Shown in pieces: positions 51,140 to 60,245 of a stretch of 64,000 nucleotides of DNA. The DNA is from an uncultured Verrucomicrobiae bacterium (GTDB taxonomy: Bacteria > Verrucomicrobiota > Verrucomicrobiia > Chthoniobacterales > Terrimicrobiaceae). Numbering within the stretch: position 1 is the first letter of the stretch; each line of letters opens with the position of its first letter. The notes below the pieces were generated by a model that ran no database searches, had not been told where the DNA came from, and worked only from the letters and a program-made list of their open reading frames with translations. The DNA is taken from the NCBI GenBank assembly GCA_963706955.1, contig CAVPOC010000003.1:64001-128000 (forward strand), given 5' to 3'. The translations under genes were made by a program, and so were the position numbers.

Positions 51140-51339
51140 AATTTTTTGCAACGCTTTTTTCCGAGCAAGCCTTTCGCTATTCAATGGACGGTATTTTCGC
51201 TGGAGGGTGATTACGCCTTAGCCTACGGACCCAGCACACTCTGACCCGCTTAACCGTTCTCATTCGGCTTAAAGGAGGGTTCCACCTGCCCGCAGGCGCA
51301 CGATTGCCGGCTCGCGTGAGGCCACGTCCGTAGGGGCTT

Positions 51340-52092
51340 CTAATGGATGAACATGCCGCCGTTGACATCGATGGTCGCACCGGTGACAAAGGAGGATAGG
51401 TCCGAGGCCAAGAACAAGAAGATGTTTGCGATCTCTGTGGGGCTCGCAATGCGTCCCATCGGGATGGTGCTCAAAATTTTGTCAAAGATCTCCTGACTCA
51501 TCAGATCGCCGCGGATCTCCGTATCGACCATTCCGGGGGCGACTGCATTCACCCGAATGCCTTTGGGCGCAAGCTCGCGGGCCATGTCCTTAGTCAAACC
51601 AAGCATGCCGGCTTTGGCCGCAGAGTAATGCGGCCCGCCAAAAAAGCCACCGCCCGTTAGCGCGGAAACCGAGGAGGTGGAAGCAATCGAGCCTCGGCCA
51701 CGGCTGATCATGTGGGGAATAAAGGCCTGAGAGAGATACAACATGCCCCTCAAATTGACATCGAGAACCGCGTCGTAGTTTTGAGGTTGAATGCCCATGA
51801 TGCGGATGGGCTGCGTGATACCTGCATTATTGATCAAAATATCCACGCCGCCGAAATCCTTGATTATTTGCTGCGCCACGCTCTCGCATTGATCCTTCTT
51901 AGTCACGTCGCATACATAGCCGCGGTGGGCGTCTCCGATGGCAGCCGCAACCCGCTGCGGTTCTTGCCGTTCAAGGTCCAGGAGCGCGACGGCCGCCCCA
52001 TGTTCCGCAAAAAGCTGCGCCGTCGCCAGGCCGATACCCTTCTGCGTCGCCGCACCTGAAATCACCGCGACTCGATCTTGTAATAGTTTCAT
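51340..52092 (-). CDS. SDR-family NAD(P)-dependent oxidoreductase
   Basis: SGAATQKGIG, NNAG, YSAAK and VNAVAPG motifs; SD-like GGAGAAAGGA upstream. Confidence 0.92.
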   Translation of the reverse strand: MKLLQDRVAVISGAATQKGIGLATAQLFAEHGAAVALLDLERQEPQRVAAAIGDAHRGYVCDVTKKDQCESVAQQIIKDFGGVDILINNAGITQPIRIMGIQPQNYDAVLDVNLRGMLYLSQAFIPHMISRGRGSIASTSSVSALTGGGFFGGPHYSAAKAGMLGLTKDMARELAPKGIRVNAVAPGMVDTEIRGDLMSQEIFDKILSTIPMGRIASPTEIANIFLFLASDLSSFVTGATIDVNGGMFIH

Positions 52093-52192
52093 TAGTTTCC
52101 TTTCTCCTCCATTTTGCATTTTAAAAGTTATCTCGTGCTGGCAAGCGCGGCTGACCACAGCGCCGTGCTCCTGTCGTAGCCGCACCGGCGCC

Positions 52193-53197
52193 CTAGACGG
52201 CCGCCGGAGTCGCTGCGCCCGTTTGTCCAAAGATGGTCCGTCGAACGATATCCTGACTGCCGACCGCGTCTTGAAGCTCGATGGCTTTAGCTAAGTCCGG
52301 TTGCGCTTTCAACTTCTTTGCCAGATTCCAAAGTGAATTGACCATGGCGATATTGTTCTCGCATTCCCGAATCGGATCTAAGCCGCTCACATCGGGAAAG
52401 GTGTCGAAGTAGATGACCCCGTCGAAGCCTTTGCGAATGAGTTGGAATAACACCTCTAAGGTTTGCATGAAGTTGACGGTTCCTACCATCAAGCCGTCAT
52501 CGCGGCGGCCATATCCGTCGTTAAGGTGGATCCCCAGGAGCTGGCTCTCGCGCGCAATCATCGCGGCGGCAAAGGCCGGCAGCTCACCCGCGTAAAGAAC
52601 GTGAGCGAAATCGAAGGTTACCCCAAGATTGGGACGATCAATCTCTTTGATAGCAAGCAGGGTTATCCCAAGATTGGACAGCAGGCTGAACGAGCGTGGC
52701 TCGTTGGGCTTGTATTCGATACTTACGTTAATGCGAGGGTTATGGTCGGCGACTTCCCGAATACCTTCGATTTCCGCCTTCCAAAGCGTTTCGTAATCGA
52801 CTTGAAAAGGATATTCCCAGCCGTCTTGGCCGAGCCAAATTGTCAGCAAATTACCCCCCGTTTGTTCGAGAACGTCCATCGCTCTTTTGGTGAGATCGAT
52901 TGCCGCCTGGCGGACGCGCGACTCAGGGTTGGTGAATGCCCCTAGCTTGAACTCTGGCTCTGAATAATAGCGCATCGCCAGTCCGTTGACCGTCAATCCC
53001 AGATCGCGTGCTCCGGAAATGATATCTTCAGGCGTGGTGCCGGCGAAGTGATCCGGAAAGTTGAGGTCCACTTCGGAGAGGCCGTTGACCTTGCTCGCTC
53101 GCTGAATCAATTCCAGCGCGCTTGGCTTGTAGTTTGCCTTTCCCCAAAACTTTTCGGGACGACTAGCGAAGGAATTTAATCTGGTTGCGTATTTCAT
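52193..53197 (-). CDS. Xylose-isomerase-like TIM-barrel sugar isomerase
   Basis: GAFTNP, W.GQDG, EYKPNEPR, DFAH, HLNDG..RRDD and YFDTFP, the metal-site pattern of the xylose/rhamnose isomerase superfamily. Confidence 0.88.
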   Translation of the reverse strand: MKYATRLNSFASRPEKFWGKANYKPSALELIQRASKVNGLSEVDLNFPDHFAGTTPEDIISGARDLGLTVNGLAMRYYSEPEFKLGAFTNPESRVRQAAIDLTKRAMDVLEQTGGNLLTIWLGQDGWEYPFQVDYETLWKAEIEGIREVADHNPRINVSIEYKPNEPRSFSLLSNLGITLLAIKEIDRPNLGVTFDFAHVLYAGELPAFAAAMIARESQLLGIHLNDGYGRRDDGLMVGTVNFMQTLEVLFQLIRKGFDGVIYFDTFPDVSGLDPIRECENNIAMVNSLWNLAKKLKAQPDLAKAIELQDAVGSQDIVRRTIFGQTGAATPAAV

Positions 53198-54168
53198 AAA
53201 GACAGAGGTGCGTAGTTCGGACTTGGACTCACAGTTGGCTCAGGAACATCCAAGAGTCGGTAGTAACGGGCGGCGTTATCGTGAAATAGCATCCGCCGTT
53301 CCTCGACGCTAAAGCCGGCCGTGATTTCATGAAACGCTGCGTAGAGCGTGTCAAAGTCGCTGAAGAGTTTGTCCACAGGAAAGTTACTCGCGAACATGCT
53401 GCGGGCCACGCCGAAGGCCTCGATCGTTTGCAGAACAAAGGGCCGGATGCTCTCTACTGTCCACTTCGGATCTACCGTTCCGAGTCCCGAGATCTTGACA
53501 ACCACATTGTCGGCGGTGGCTAGTTGTTGCATGCCGCGCCGCCATAGGCGAAGGCCTTCCTCGTCCCGATCCACCGGCATCCCGGCGTGGTTGAGGATGA
53601 TCAAGACATCAGGATAAGCGTGTGCCAGCGCCGCGGCGCCAACCATCTGCGCAGGATAAAGCTGAAGGTCAAAGGAGAGACCAAACCGTCGGAGTAGTCC
53701 AAACCCCCGTCGCCACGCCTCCGTCCTGATCAAATCGGGACGGTTCACGTAGGTCTTTCTGGTATCTGGATGCCAATTTACGGCATGGCGAATTCCGCGC
53801 AGGTTCTTGTGCCGGGCATGACCTTCGAGAACTTGTTCGACGTTCGGCGAATCCAGCATTGCACGCGCGACGATCGCATGCGGGAAGCCATGCTTATCGG
53901 CGATGCCTTGCAACCATGTTGTCTCACCGACTGGATCCGATGGATCCCATCCGGTCTCAACGTGCACGGATTTGACAACGTTCTGGTTGCGGGCATCTGC
54001 TAAGTAATCCTTCAGCAGGTAGTCCTTGGCAATTGGCCTCACGTCTTCTTCCAATCGCGGTTCCAGGAGATGCTCCTGGAGCCACGGGTATCGATTGTGC
54101 GCGAGATCCCACAAGTGATGGTGCGGGTCAATCATGGGCTGCCCGCGAATACCGCCCTGATCATTCAT
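53194..54168 (-). CDS. Amidohydrolase_2-family protein, probable sugar lactonase
   Basis: IDPHHHLWDL, GIRH, SFDLQ, LNHAG, VKISG and FASNFPVD motifs; overlaps both neighbours' stop/start codons. Confidence 0.88.
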   Translation of the reverse strand: MNDQGGIRGQPMIDPHHHLWDLAHNRYPWLQEHLLEPRLEEDVRPIAKDYLLKDYLADARNQNVVKSVHVETGWDPSDPVGETTWLQGIADKHGFPHAIVARAMLDSPNVEQVLEGHARHKNLRGIRHAVNWHPDTRKTYVNRPDLIRTEAWRRGFGLLRRFGLSFDLQLYPAQMVGAAALAHAYPDVLIILNHAGMPVDRDEEGLRLWRRGMQQLATADNVVVKISGLGTVDPKWTVESIRPFVLQTIEAFGVARSMFASNFPVDKLFSDFDTLYAAFHEITAGFSVEERRMLFHDNAARYYRLLDVPEPTVSPSPNYAPLSL

Positions 54169-55166
54169 CACTGGCGTTGACGAGTGGACTGGTCGACAAA
54201 GACCGCCAGGATGACGACCGCGCCGGTAGCTACGAATTGCCAAAAGGACGGGACATTCATCAACGTCAAGCCGTTCTGCATTGCGCCCAGGGTCAAGGCG
54301 CCGATGAGTGAACCTAATGGATTACCCTCGCCACCAAACAGGCTCGCGCCGCCAATCACAGCCGCGCCAATCGCCTGCAGTTCGAAGCCGTTACCGCCAA
54401 TGGGTTCGGCGGCGCCAACTCGGCCGATAAGGACGAAACCCGCAATGCTCGAAAGCAAACCAGAGATGCAATAGACACAGATCTTTACGCGGTCGGTGTT
54501 GATTCCGGATAGCCGGGCCGCTTCCTCGTTTCCACCAACAGCAATGATTTGCTCGCCCAAGGCAGTATATCGAACCAGTAGATACGCGGCGACTGCTATC
54601 GCCACGGCCAGGAGCACCGGTGTCGGAATGCCGAAGAGTTCACCGGCAAAAATGGATCGAAACCTTTCGTCAATGCCATAGATTGGGCGGCCGTCTGTGT
54701 AGATTAAGGCCGCCCCACGATAGATGCTAAGCATGCCCAGAGTCACAATGAAGTCGGGCAGCTTAAGCTTGGCAATCATGAGTCCGTTGATCAAACCGCA
54801 GATCACTCCCAACAACATACCAGCGACGATGCCCAGAACGAGATTGTGAGGCAGCAGACTCGCCGTGATCATGCTCGTAAGCCCAACCATCGATCCGACC
54901 GAGAGGTCGATGCCGCGAGTCATGATGACCAAGGTCATGCCAACGGCAATCATTGTGTTGATCGACGATTGCAGCAGGATGTCCAGGATGTTCGCTGGTT
55001 GGTAGAAGCTGCTGTTAAGCAGAGAGAAAACCACGAAAAGGAGCGCAACACCGGCGATGACACTAGCCCGCCTGATCCATTCGAGCTGGGCGCCTTTTTT
55101 TGGCACATTAGTCGGCGCCTGTTTAGCGGCCTCTTCTGATGGCTTAGGTATTTGTGCTTTGTTCAT
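54168..55166 (-). CDS. Sugar ABC permease (RbsC-like)
   Basis: GIDLSVGS, FIVTLG, GGNEEAARLSG and ELQAIGAAVIGG motifs. Confidence 0.93.
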   Translation of the reverse strand: MNKAQIPKPSEEAAKQAPTNVPKKGAQLEWIRRASVIAGVALLFVVFSLLNSSFYQPANILDILLQSSINTMIAVGMTLVIMTRGIDLSVGSMVGLTSMITASLLPHNLVLGIVAGMLLGVICGLINGLMIAKLKLPDFIVTLGMLSIYRGAALIYTDGRPIYGIDERFRSIFAGELFGIPTPVLLAVAIAVAAYLLVRYTALGEQIIAVGGNEEAARLSGINTDRVKICVYCISGLLSSIAGFVLIGRVGAAEPIGGNGFELQAIGAAVIGGASLFGGEGNPLGSLIGALTLGAMQNGLTLMNVPSFWQFVATGAVVILAVFVDQSTRQRQ

Positions 55167-56713
55167 ACAGTTTTAATTTCCTCGCTGGCATATTTCATGA
55201 GCAGATCTTCGGTGAGCCCCGAACAATCATCGATCGTTTGAACCAACCGACCTCCGCGCATGACTCCTATCCGATCGCTAACGGCCATGACCTCCGGCAA
55301 CTCCGACGAGATCACCAGAATGGCGCAACCTTCCTTTGCTAAGCGACGCATCAGTTCATGGATTTCGAACTTAGCGCCCACGTCGATCCCTCGGGTCGGC
55401 TCGTCAAAAAGGAAAATCCGGGCTCCAGATTGCAGCCACCGGGCGATGATTACCTTTTGCTGGTTGCCACCGGAAAGATTGCGGATGCGGACTCCTGCCA
55501 GACGCGGACGAATCGCCAATTCCTCGATGTAGCGTTCAATATCTTTGCGCCGTTCTTTGAGCCGCAAGATCCCTGAGGGCGCGTATTGGCCGTAATTGGC
55601 GAGGCCAAAATTGCGTTCCACGTCCATCACGGGGACGAGCGCCTGTTTACGCCGGTCCTCCGGTATTAAGGCGATCCCTGCCGCCTTCGCGTCGGAGGGT
55701 TGCCGGATCTCAAGGGGTGCCCCGTTTACGCGAATAGTCCCGGTATCATTAGGATCAGCTCCAAAGATGCACCGCGCGAGTTCCGTCCTGCCGGAGCCAA
55801 CCAACCCCGCCAAGCCAAAGATTTCACCACTATGAATCGTCAGATTGATGTCGTGCAATTTCCCTTCGACGGAGACACCTTCGAGCTCCAATGCTGCCTT
55901 GCCCCGAGTGGCTCCTCCGTGCACGGGATGCATCAACTCGTCCGCTAGTCGGCGCCCGGCGATCATGTCAATGAGTTCCTCGGGGGTTACGGCGTTGGTA
56001 GCCTTGCTGGCCACGACCTGACCGTCCCGCAGCACGGTGACCCGGTCAGTGATCGCGTAGACTTCCGGGATACGGTGCGTAATGTAGATGATTCCCCGGC
56101 CGCCTTTCTTTAGCCTCCGGATCAGATCGAACAAGCCGTCGCGCTCCGCAGGCGTTAAGCTCGAGGTGGGCTCGTCGAAGGCAATGATTTGCCCGCCACG
56201 CGCCAGCGTGCGTGCGATCTCCACGACTTGCATATCGGCCATCCCGAGAGAAGAAACCTTGGCCGTGACGGGAAGCCGAGGCGCCAACGGCTTCAGAATC
56301 TCGCGCGCTTTGGCTCGAAACTCGCTGCGCGGCACGATGTTGAGGGCGTCGGTTTGTCCGAGGAAGACATTTTGGGCAACGTCCAGCTGAGGAATAAGGC
56401 TCGGCTCCTGGCTGACCAAACCAATGCCAAGAGCCAGCGCGTGCCGGGGGTCTTCGATGGTGACTTCGCCGCGGCCCTCGATCTCGATCGAGCCTGAATC
56501 GGGTGGCTGGACGCCGAAGAGGATTTTCATCAACGTCGACTTGCCAGCTCCGTTCTCTCCCATCAGGGCGTGGACTTCCCCAGCCCTCACATCGAAATCC
56601 ACACCCTTGAGGGCTTGCACCCCAGCGAACGCTTTGGCAATGCGTCGCGCTCGCAGCAGAGTCTTGGAGTCGACGCCGGACGTCTCCGTTTTTCCTTCCA
56701 TTGACTCGGACAT
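55163..56713 (-). CDS. Sugar ABC ATP-binding protein (RbsA-like)
   Basis: GENGAGKST, FDEPT, LSGGNQQK and DEPTRGIDVGAK motifs. Confidence 0.95.
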   Translation of the reverse strand: MSESMEGKTETSGVDSKTLLRARRIAKAFAGVQALKGVDFDVRAGEVHALMGENGAGKSTLMKILFGVQPPDSGSIEIEGRGEVTIEDPRHALALGIGLVSQEPSLIPQLDVAQNVFLGQTDALNIVPRSEFRAKAREILKPLAPRLPVTAKVSSLGMADMQVVEIARTLARGGQIIAFDEPTSSLTPAERDGLFDLIRRLKKGGRGIIYITHRIPEVYAITDRVTVLRDGQVVASKATNAVTPEELIDMIAGRRLADELMHPVHGGATRGKAALELEGVSVEGKLHDINLTIHSGEIFGLAGLVGSGRTELARCIFGADPNDTGTIRVNGAPLEIRQPSDAKAAGIALIPEDRRKQALVPVMDVERNFGLANYGQYAPSGILRLKERRKDIERYIEELAIRPRLAGVRIRNLSGGNQQKVIIARWLQSGARIFLFDEPTRGIDVGAKFEIHELMRRLAKEGCAILVISSELPEVMAVSDRIGVMRGGRLVQTIDDCSGLTEDLLMKYASEEIKTV

Positions 56714-56719
56714 AACGTC

Positions 56720-57743
56720 TTACTTTTGGAATTCAGGCGGATTCGGAAAATCCTTGACGTTTTCAGCCGTAATGACGGCTTGAGGCGACACGACCCAGGG
56801 CGGAATAGGCTGGCCGCGCTAAGATCCGTAGCGCGACCTCCACTCCGAGTTTGCCTTCGTCGTAAGGAAACTCGGCCACGGTGGCACGCATCTCGTTATT
56901 AGCGATCGAGCGCTTCGCTTCGCGAATGCCGTCAGTGCCGACGATCGCAACCTCCTTGAGCTTGCCCGCCTTCTTAACCGCTTCTACCACGCCCAGCGCC
57001 ATGCCATCATTGTTGGCGTAGATTCCCACGAGGTCGGGATGCTGACGCAGGATGTTGGAAGTGACGTTGAGGGCCGTCATGCGATCCCAATTGCCCGGCT
57101 GGCTCGCAACCAACTTGAGGTTGTCGTATTTCTTGACCGTCTCGGTGAACCCTTTGATGCGCGCCCGCGCATTAGGAGAGCCTGCCTGACCCTCAATTTG
57201 AGCGATTTTCCCGCCGTTTGGGTAGAGCTGATGGAGGAATTCCGCCGCCTTGGCCCCGATGGCGACCTGGTCGGTTCCCACATAAGAGTTGGCACCTTCG
57301 GTTCGTGCATCATCGATGACGACCGTAGGAATATTCCCTTTCTTGGCATTCTGAATCGCCGGCACCAAGTTTGAATCTGACTGGGGCGAAAGCAAAAGGG
57401 CGTCCGGCTTCTGGGACAGAATCGTCTGAGCTAAGTTGAGTTGTTCAACCAGCGAAGACTCGTCCTTGGCAGCCTGCGCGTCGAACTTGATGTTGTATTT
57501 GCCGGCCTCGCTCTTGATGCCCGCCGCAACGTCCTGCCAAAATTCATTGATTAAGGTTTTGGTCACGTAAGCAAAGCGCAGCGGTTTGGTCGGCGCGGGG
57601 ACGGGGCCGAAGGTCTTTTCCAAATCGACTGATTCGATTTTCTCGGCAGTTTTAGTGGCAGCAGCCTCCTCAGCGATGGCTACGCGGGCTGTCGGCAGAA
57701 CGGACGTCGCCAAGGCGGCGACCAATAGGATCTTAGTATTCAT
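56720..57743 (-). CDS. Sugar ABC substrate-binding protein (AlsB/RbsB-like), frameshift near 56815
   Basis: Signal peptide; KTLINEFW, VASQPGNWDR, ANNDGMALG and GTDGI motifs; a 1-nt shift restores GQPIPPWVVSPQAVITAENVKDFPNPPEFQK*. Confidence 0.9.
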
Positions 57744-57801
57744 ATAGGGTTGGTTTTTGGTTCAGGATTTTGTAGGGGTGATAAGAGAGCGAGAGGGCCT
57801 T

Positions 57802-58377
57802 TCACTTCATGTTGGTATATCGCGTGTACATGTCCTCCGGTTTTTGATTTGTGAGCTCCAGTAGGCGGAGAACCAGCAAATCGCCAAATAACAAGAGAGA
57901 AACCTCGTAGTGAGTGCCCATCGTTAGAATGCTTCGGCCGGCAGCTATGTCGACCATCGTCTGCGCGGGCAGATGGATCAAAACGTCCACCGGCATCTGT
58001 GCGGCACGCTCCGGCTGAGCAGTGATTACCGCGGTGCGCCCACCCGCCTCTCGGGCTACACCGAGCAGGGTCTCGACCGTCGGGAAATGTCCAGGACCGG
58101 CGCTGACCAGAAAGAGGTCCCCGGGACCCACCGCCGGGGTCACCATCTCGCCAACCACGTAGGATTTGAAACCGGCATGCATCAAACGCATGGCGATCGC
58201 CTCCATCATTAGGCCCTCACGCCCGACGCCGAAGGAGACGATTTTTTTGGCGGCGAGAAGCTCCTGGCTCAAGCGCTCCAGTCCAGCAGGGTCGCTCGCT
58301 TCAAAAACGCCTTCCAGATCACGGCACGCCCGTCGGCCAAGTCCGTAGAAGTCAAAAGGTGCTTTTGAGGGGTTCAT
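57802..58377 (-). CDS. SIS-domain 6-phospho-3-hexuloisomerase (HxlB/PHI)-like protein
   Basis: GVGREG, AMRLMH, GEMVTP, SAGPG and MGTHYE motifs. Confidence 0.8.
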   Translation of the reverse strand: MNPSKAPFDFYGLGRRACRDLEGVFEASDPAGLERLSQELLAAKKIVSFGVGREGLMMEAIAMRLMHAGFKSYVVGEMVTPAVGPGDLFLVSAGPGHFPTVETLLGVAREAGGRTAVITAQPERAAQMPVDVLIHLPAQTMVDIAAGRSILTMGTHYEVSLLLFGDLLVLRLLELTNQKPEDMYTRYTNMK

Positions 58378-58378
58378 T

Positions 58379-58595
58379 CTGAAACGTTTTAGCTACGTTC
58401 GCATTAGGGCCTCGGATGTCAAATAAATTTGCACACTAAAATTTGTTACGATGTAACTACCTCGTGATTAAATATATGTTATTGAAATGCCTCCGAGGGG
58501 GCCAATGAAAATTGCACAAGTTGTCAACCGAGGAAGGTTAAAACTGAGACGTTTCAGGTTCTTGACTATCAAGGTCCCAAACTAAAACGGTTACG
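58379..58595. promoter_or_regulatory. Three LacI-type operator-like sites
   Basis: CTGAAACGTTTTAG 58379-58392 (next to ATG), CTGAGACGTTTCAG 58544-58557 and CTAAAACGGTTACG 58582-58595; CG-centred palindromes typical of LacI sites. Confidence 0.7.
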
Positions 58596-58758
58596 GTGAA
58601 GAACGCCGATTGAGCTGATTACCCGCTAGGCCGGATTGCGAATCGCCCCACCTCGCTAGTCAGCATCAGCTGGCATGTAGTCGAGCGTCGGGACGAAGCG
58701 CTCGTTATATTTGCCAAACTGAGAAACTAGAGGTGGAGCGGGGGAAAGCAGCAGCAGA

Positions 58759-59817
58759 TCACCGAGAGCGGACCCTTCTTGAGCGTCCACTTTGAGATGT
58801 CATAGCTCTAAGGTGCGATTGCCTTTCGACCAAAACGGGATGGATTACCTCGCTGACGGTTTTGATCTTGCCATCTATCAATGCGAGCAGTTGCGTTGCC
58901 ATGCATTGACCAACGTCGGACGCCCGGTAATCCACCGTGGTCAGCGTGGGATCGAGCGCGAGGCAAAGGTCTGTATTGTCATATCCGACAACGGCAACGT
59001 CATGAGGGACCGTGAGGCCATGCCCACGTAGAATCTTCATTGCTCCAGCGGCCATGTAGTCATTGGAGCAAAAGACCCCGTCGGGGGTAAACTCCCTCAG
59101 AATGCTTTCCATGGCAGCGGTTCCGCTCTGGATCGTAAAGTCGCCGTAGCGCTTGGTTACCTTCTTGACCCCGGCGGCAATGAGCCCTTCAAAGAATCCT
59201 CGCTCGCGCTCGATCGCATCGACGTGGCTTTCGGGCCCGTTAATCATGGCTACCCGCTGGCAGCCGCGCTTGGCAAACTGCCGCGCGACTAATTGTCCGC
59301 CGCGATAGTTATCCAAATCGACATAGTTAACGTCAGCTCCGAAACAGGCTGGTCGCATCATCACGTAGGGAAAGGAGCGTTGTCGCAGGGGATAGAGAAA
59401 CGGATAATCGCGAAGGTACTGCGGGACAATGATGATACCATCGAGGGTCCGGTCACCGACAACATCTTCGAAGTAGTCCATCAAGTCAGGATCTTCATGC
59501 GATTTGACATCGAGGCGCAGGCTGTAGTTGGCCTGGTAAACCACTCCTAGGACGCCCTGCTGCAAATAGTAAAAGAGGGATGTCTTATGAACGATGTTCG
59601 CTATCTCAACCGAAGTCATCATCAGCAAAGCGATGGTGTTCGACTTTCCTGTGTTCAGGGTGCGACCGATACGATTGGGCACGTAGTTGATCCGCTTGGC
59701 GCATTCCAGAACTCGGGTCCGGGTCGATTCCTTCACCTCTCCGCCATTCAAGGCGATTGAAGCGGTCGCGACCGAGACTTTGGCAAGCTCGGCTACTTCC
59801 TTAAGGGTTACTCTCAT
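58759..59817 (-). CDS. LacI-family transcriptional regulator
   Basis: VTLKEVAELAKVSVATAS HTH, YVPN, CSNDYMAAG and VVGYDN motifs. Confidence 0.95.
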   Translation of the reverse strand: MRVTLKEVAELAKVSVATASIALNGGEVKESTRTRVLECAKRINYVPNRIGRTLNTGKSNTIALLMMTSVEIANIVHKTSLFYYLQQGVLGVVYQANYSLRLDVKSHEDPDLMDYFEDVVGDRTLDGIIIVPQYLRDYPFLYPLRQRSFPYVMMRPACFGADVNYVDLDNYRGGQLVARQFAKRGCQRVAMINGPESHVDAIERERGFFEGLIAAGVKKVTKRYGDFTIQSGTAAMESILREFTPDGVFCSNDYMAAGAMKILRGHGLTVPHDVAVVGYDNTDLCLALDPTLTTVDYRASDVGQCMATQLLALIDGKIKTVSEVIHPVLVERQSHLRAMTSQSGRSRRVRSR

Positions 59818-60245
59818 TGTGATAGGATAACACGAGAAGGAGCGGTGTCGCCACCTTGGCTGGAATTGCGAAAGTCCGGCTGACAATGAATTCAGCCGCG
59901 CAGCAGGTGTAGCTAAACTCGAGGCGGAATGCCTCCTTCGGCGCCATTGATTCTCAGCGACAATCTTCATTTGGGGTGCTAGGTGTGTGCCATCGGTTTC
60001 CCCAGCTTCATCGACGCAAGTTCCGACTGTCGCCGGCTCAGATCATCGATCGAAGGCGGCTGGAAAAACTTGGCCTACGGTTTTTCGACCGATCTCCAGC
60101 TCAAAAACAAGCGCGCATTTATGCCCCTCCGCGAACAACGGTGAGAGAAGAACAACCGAGAGTGCCGCGCGCGGCAGCCCAGCGCGCGTTCGCGACGATG
60201 GCCGCCGCGTGAGCGCGTAACCGAGGCGGGAGCAAAATTGAAACT

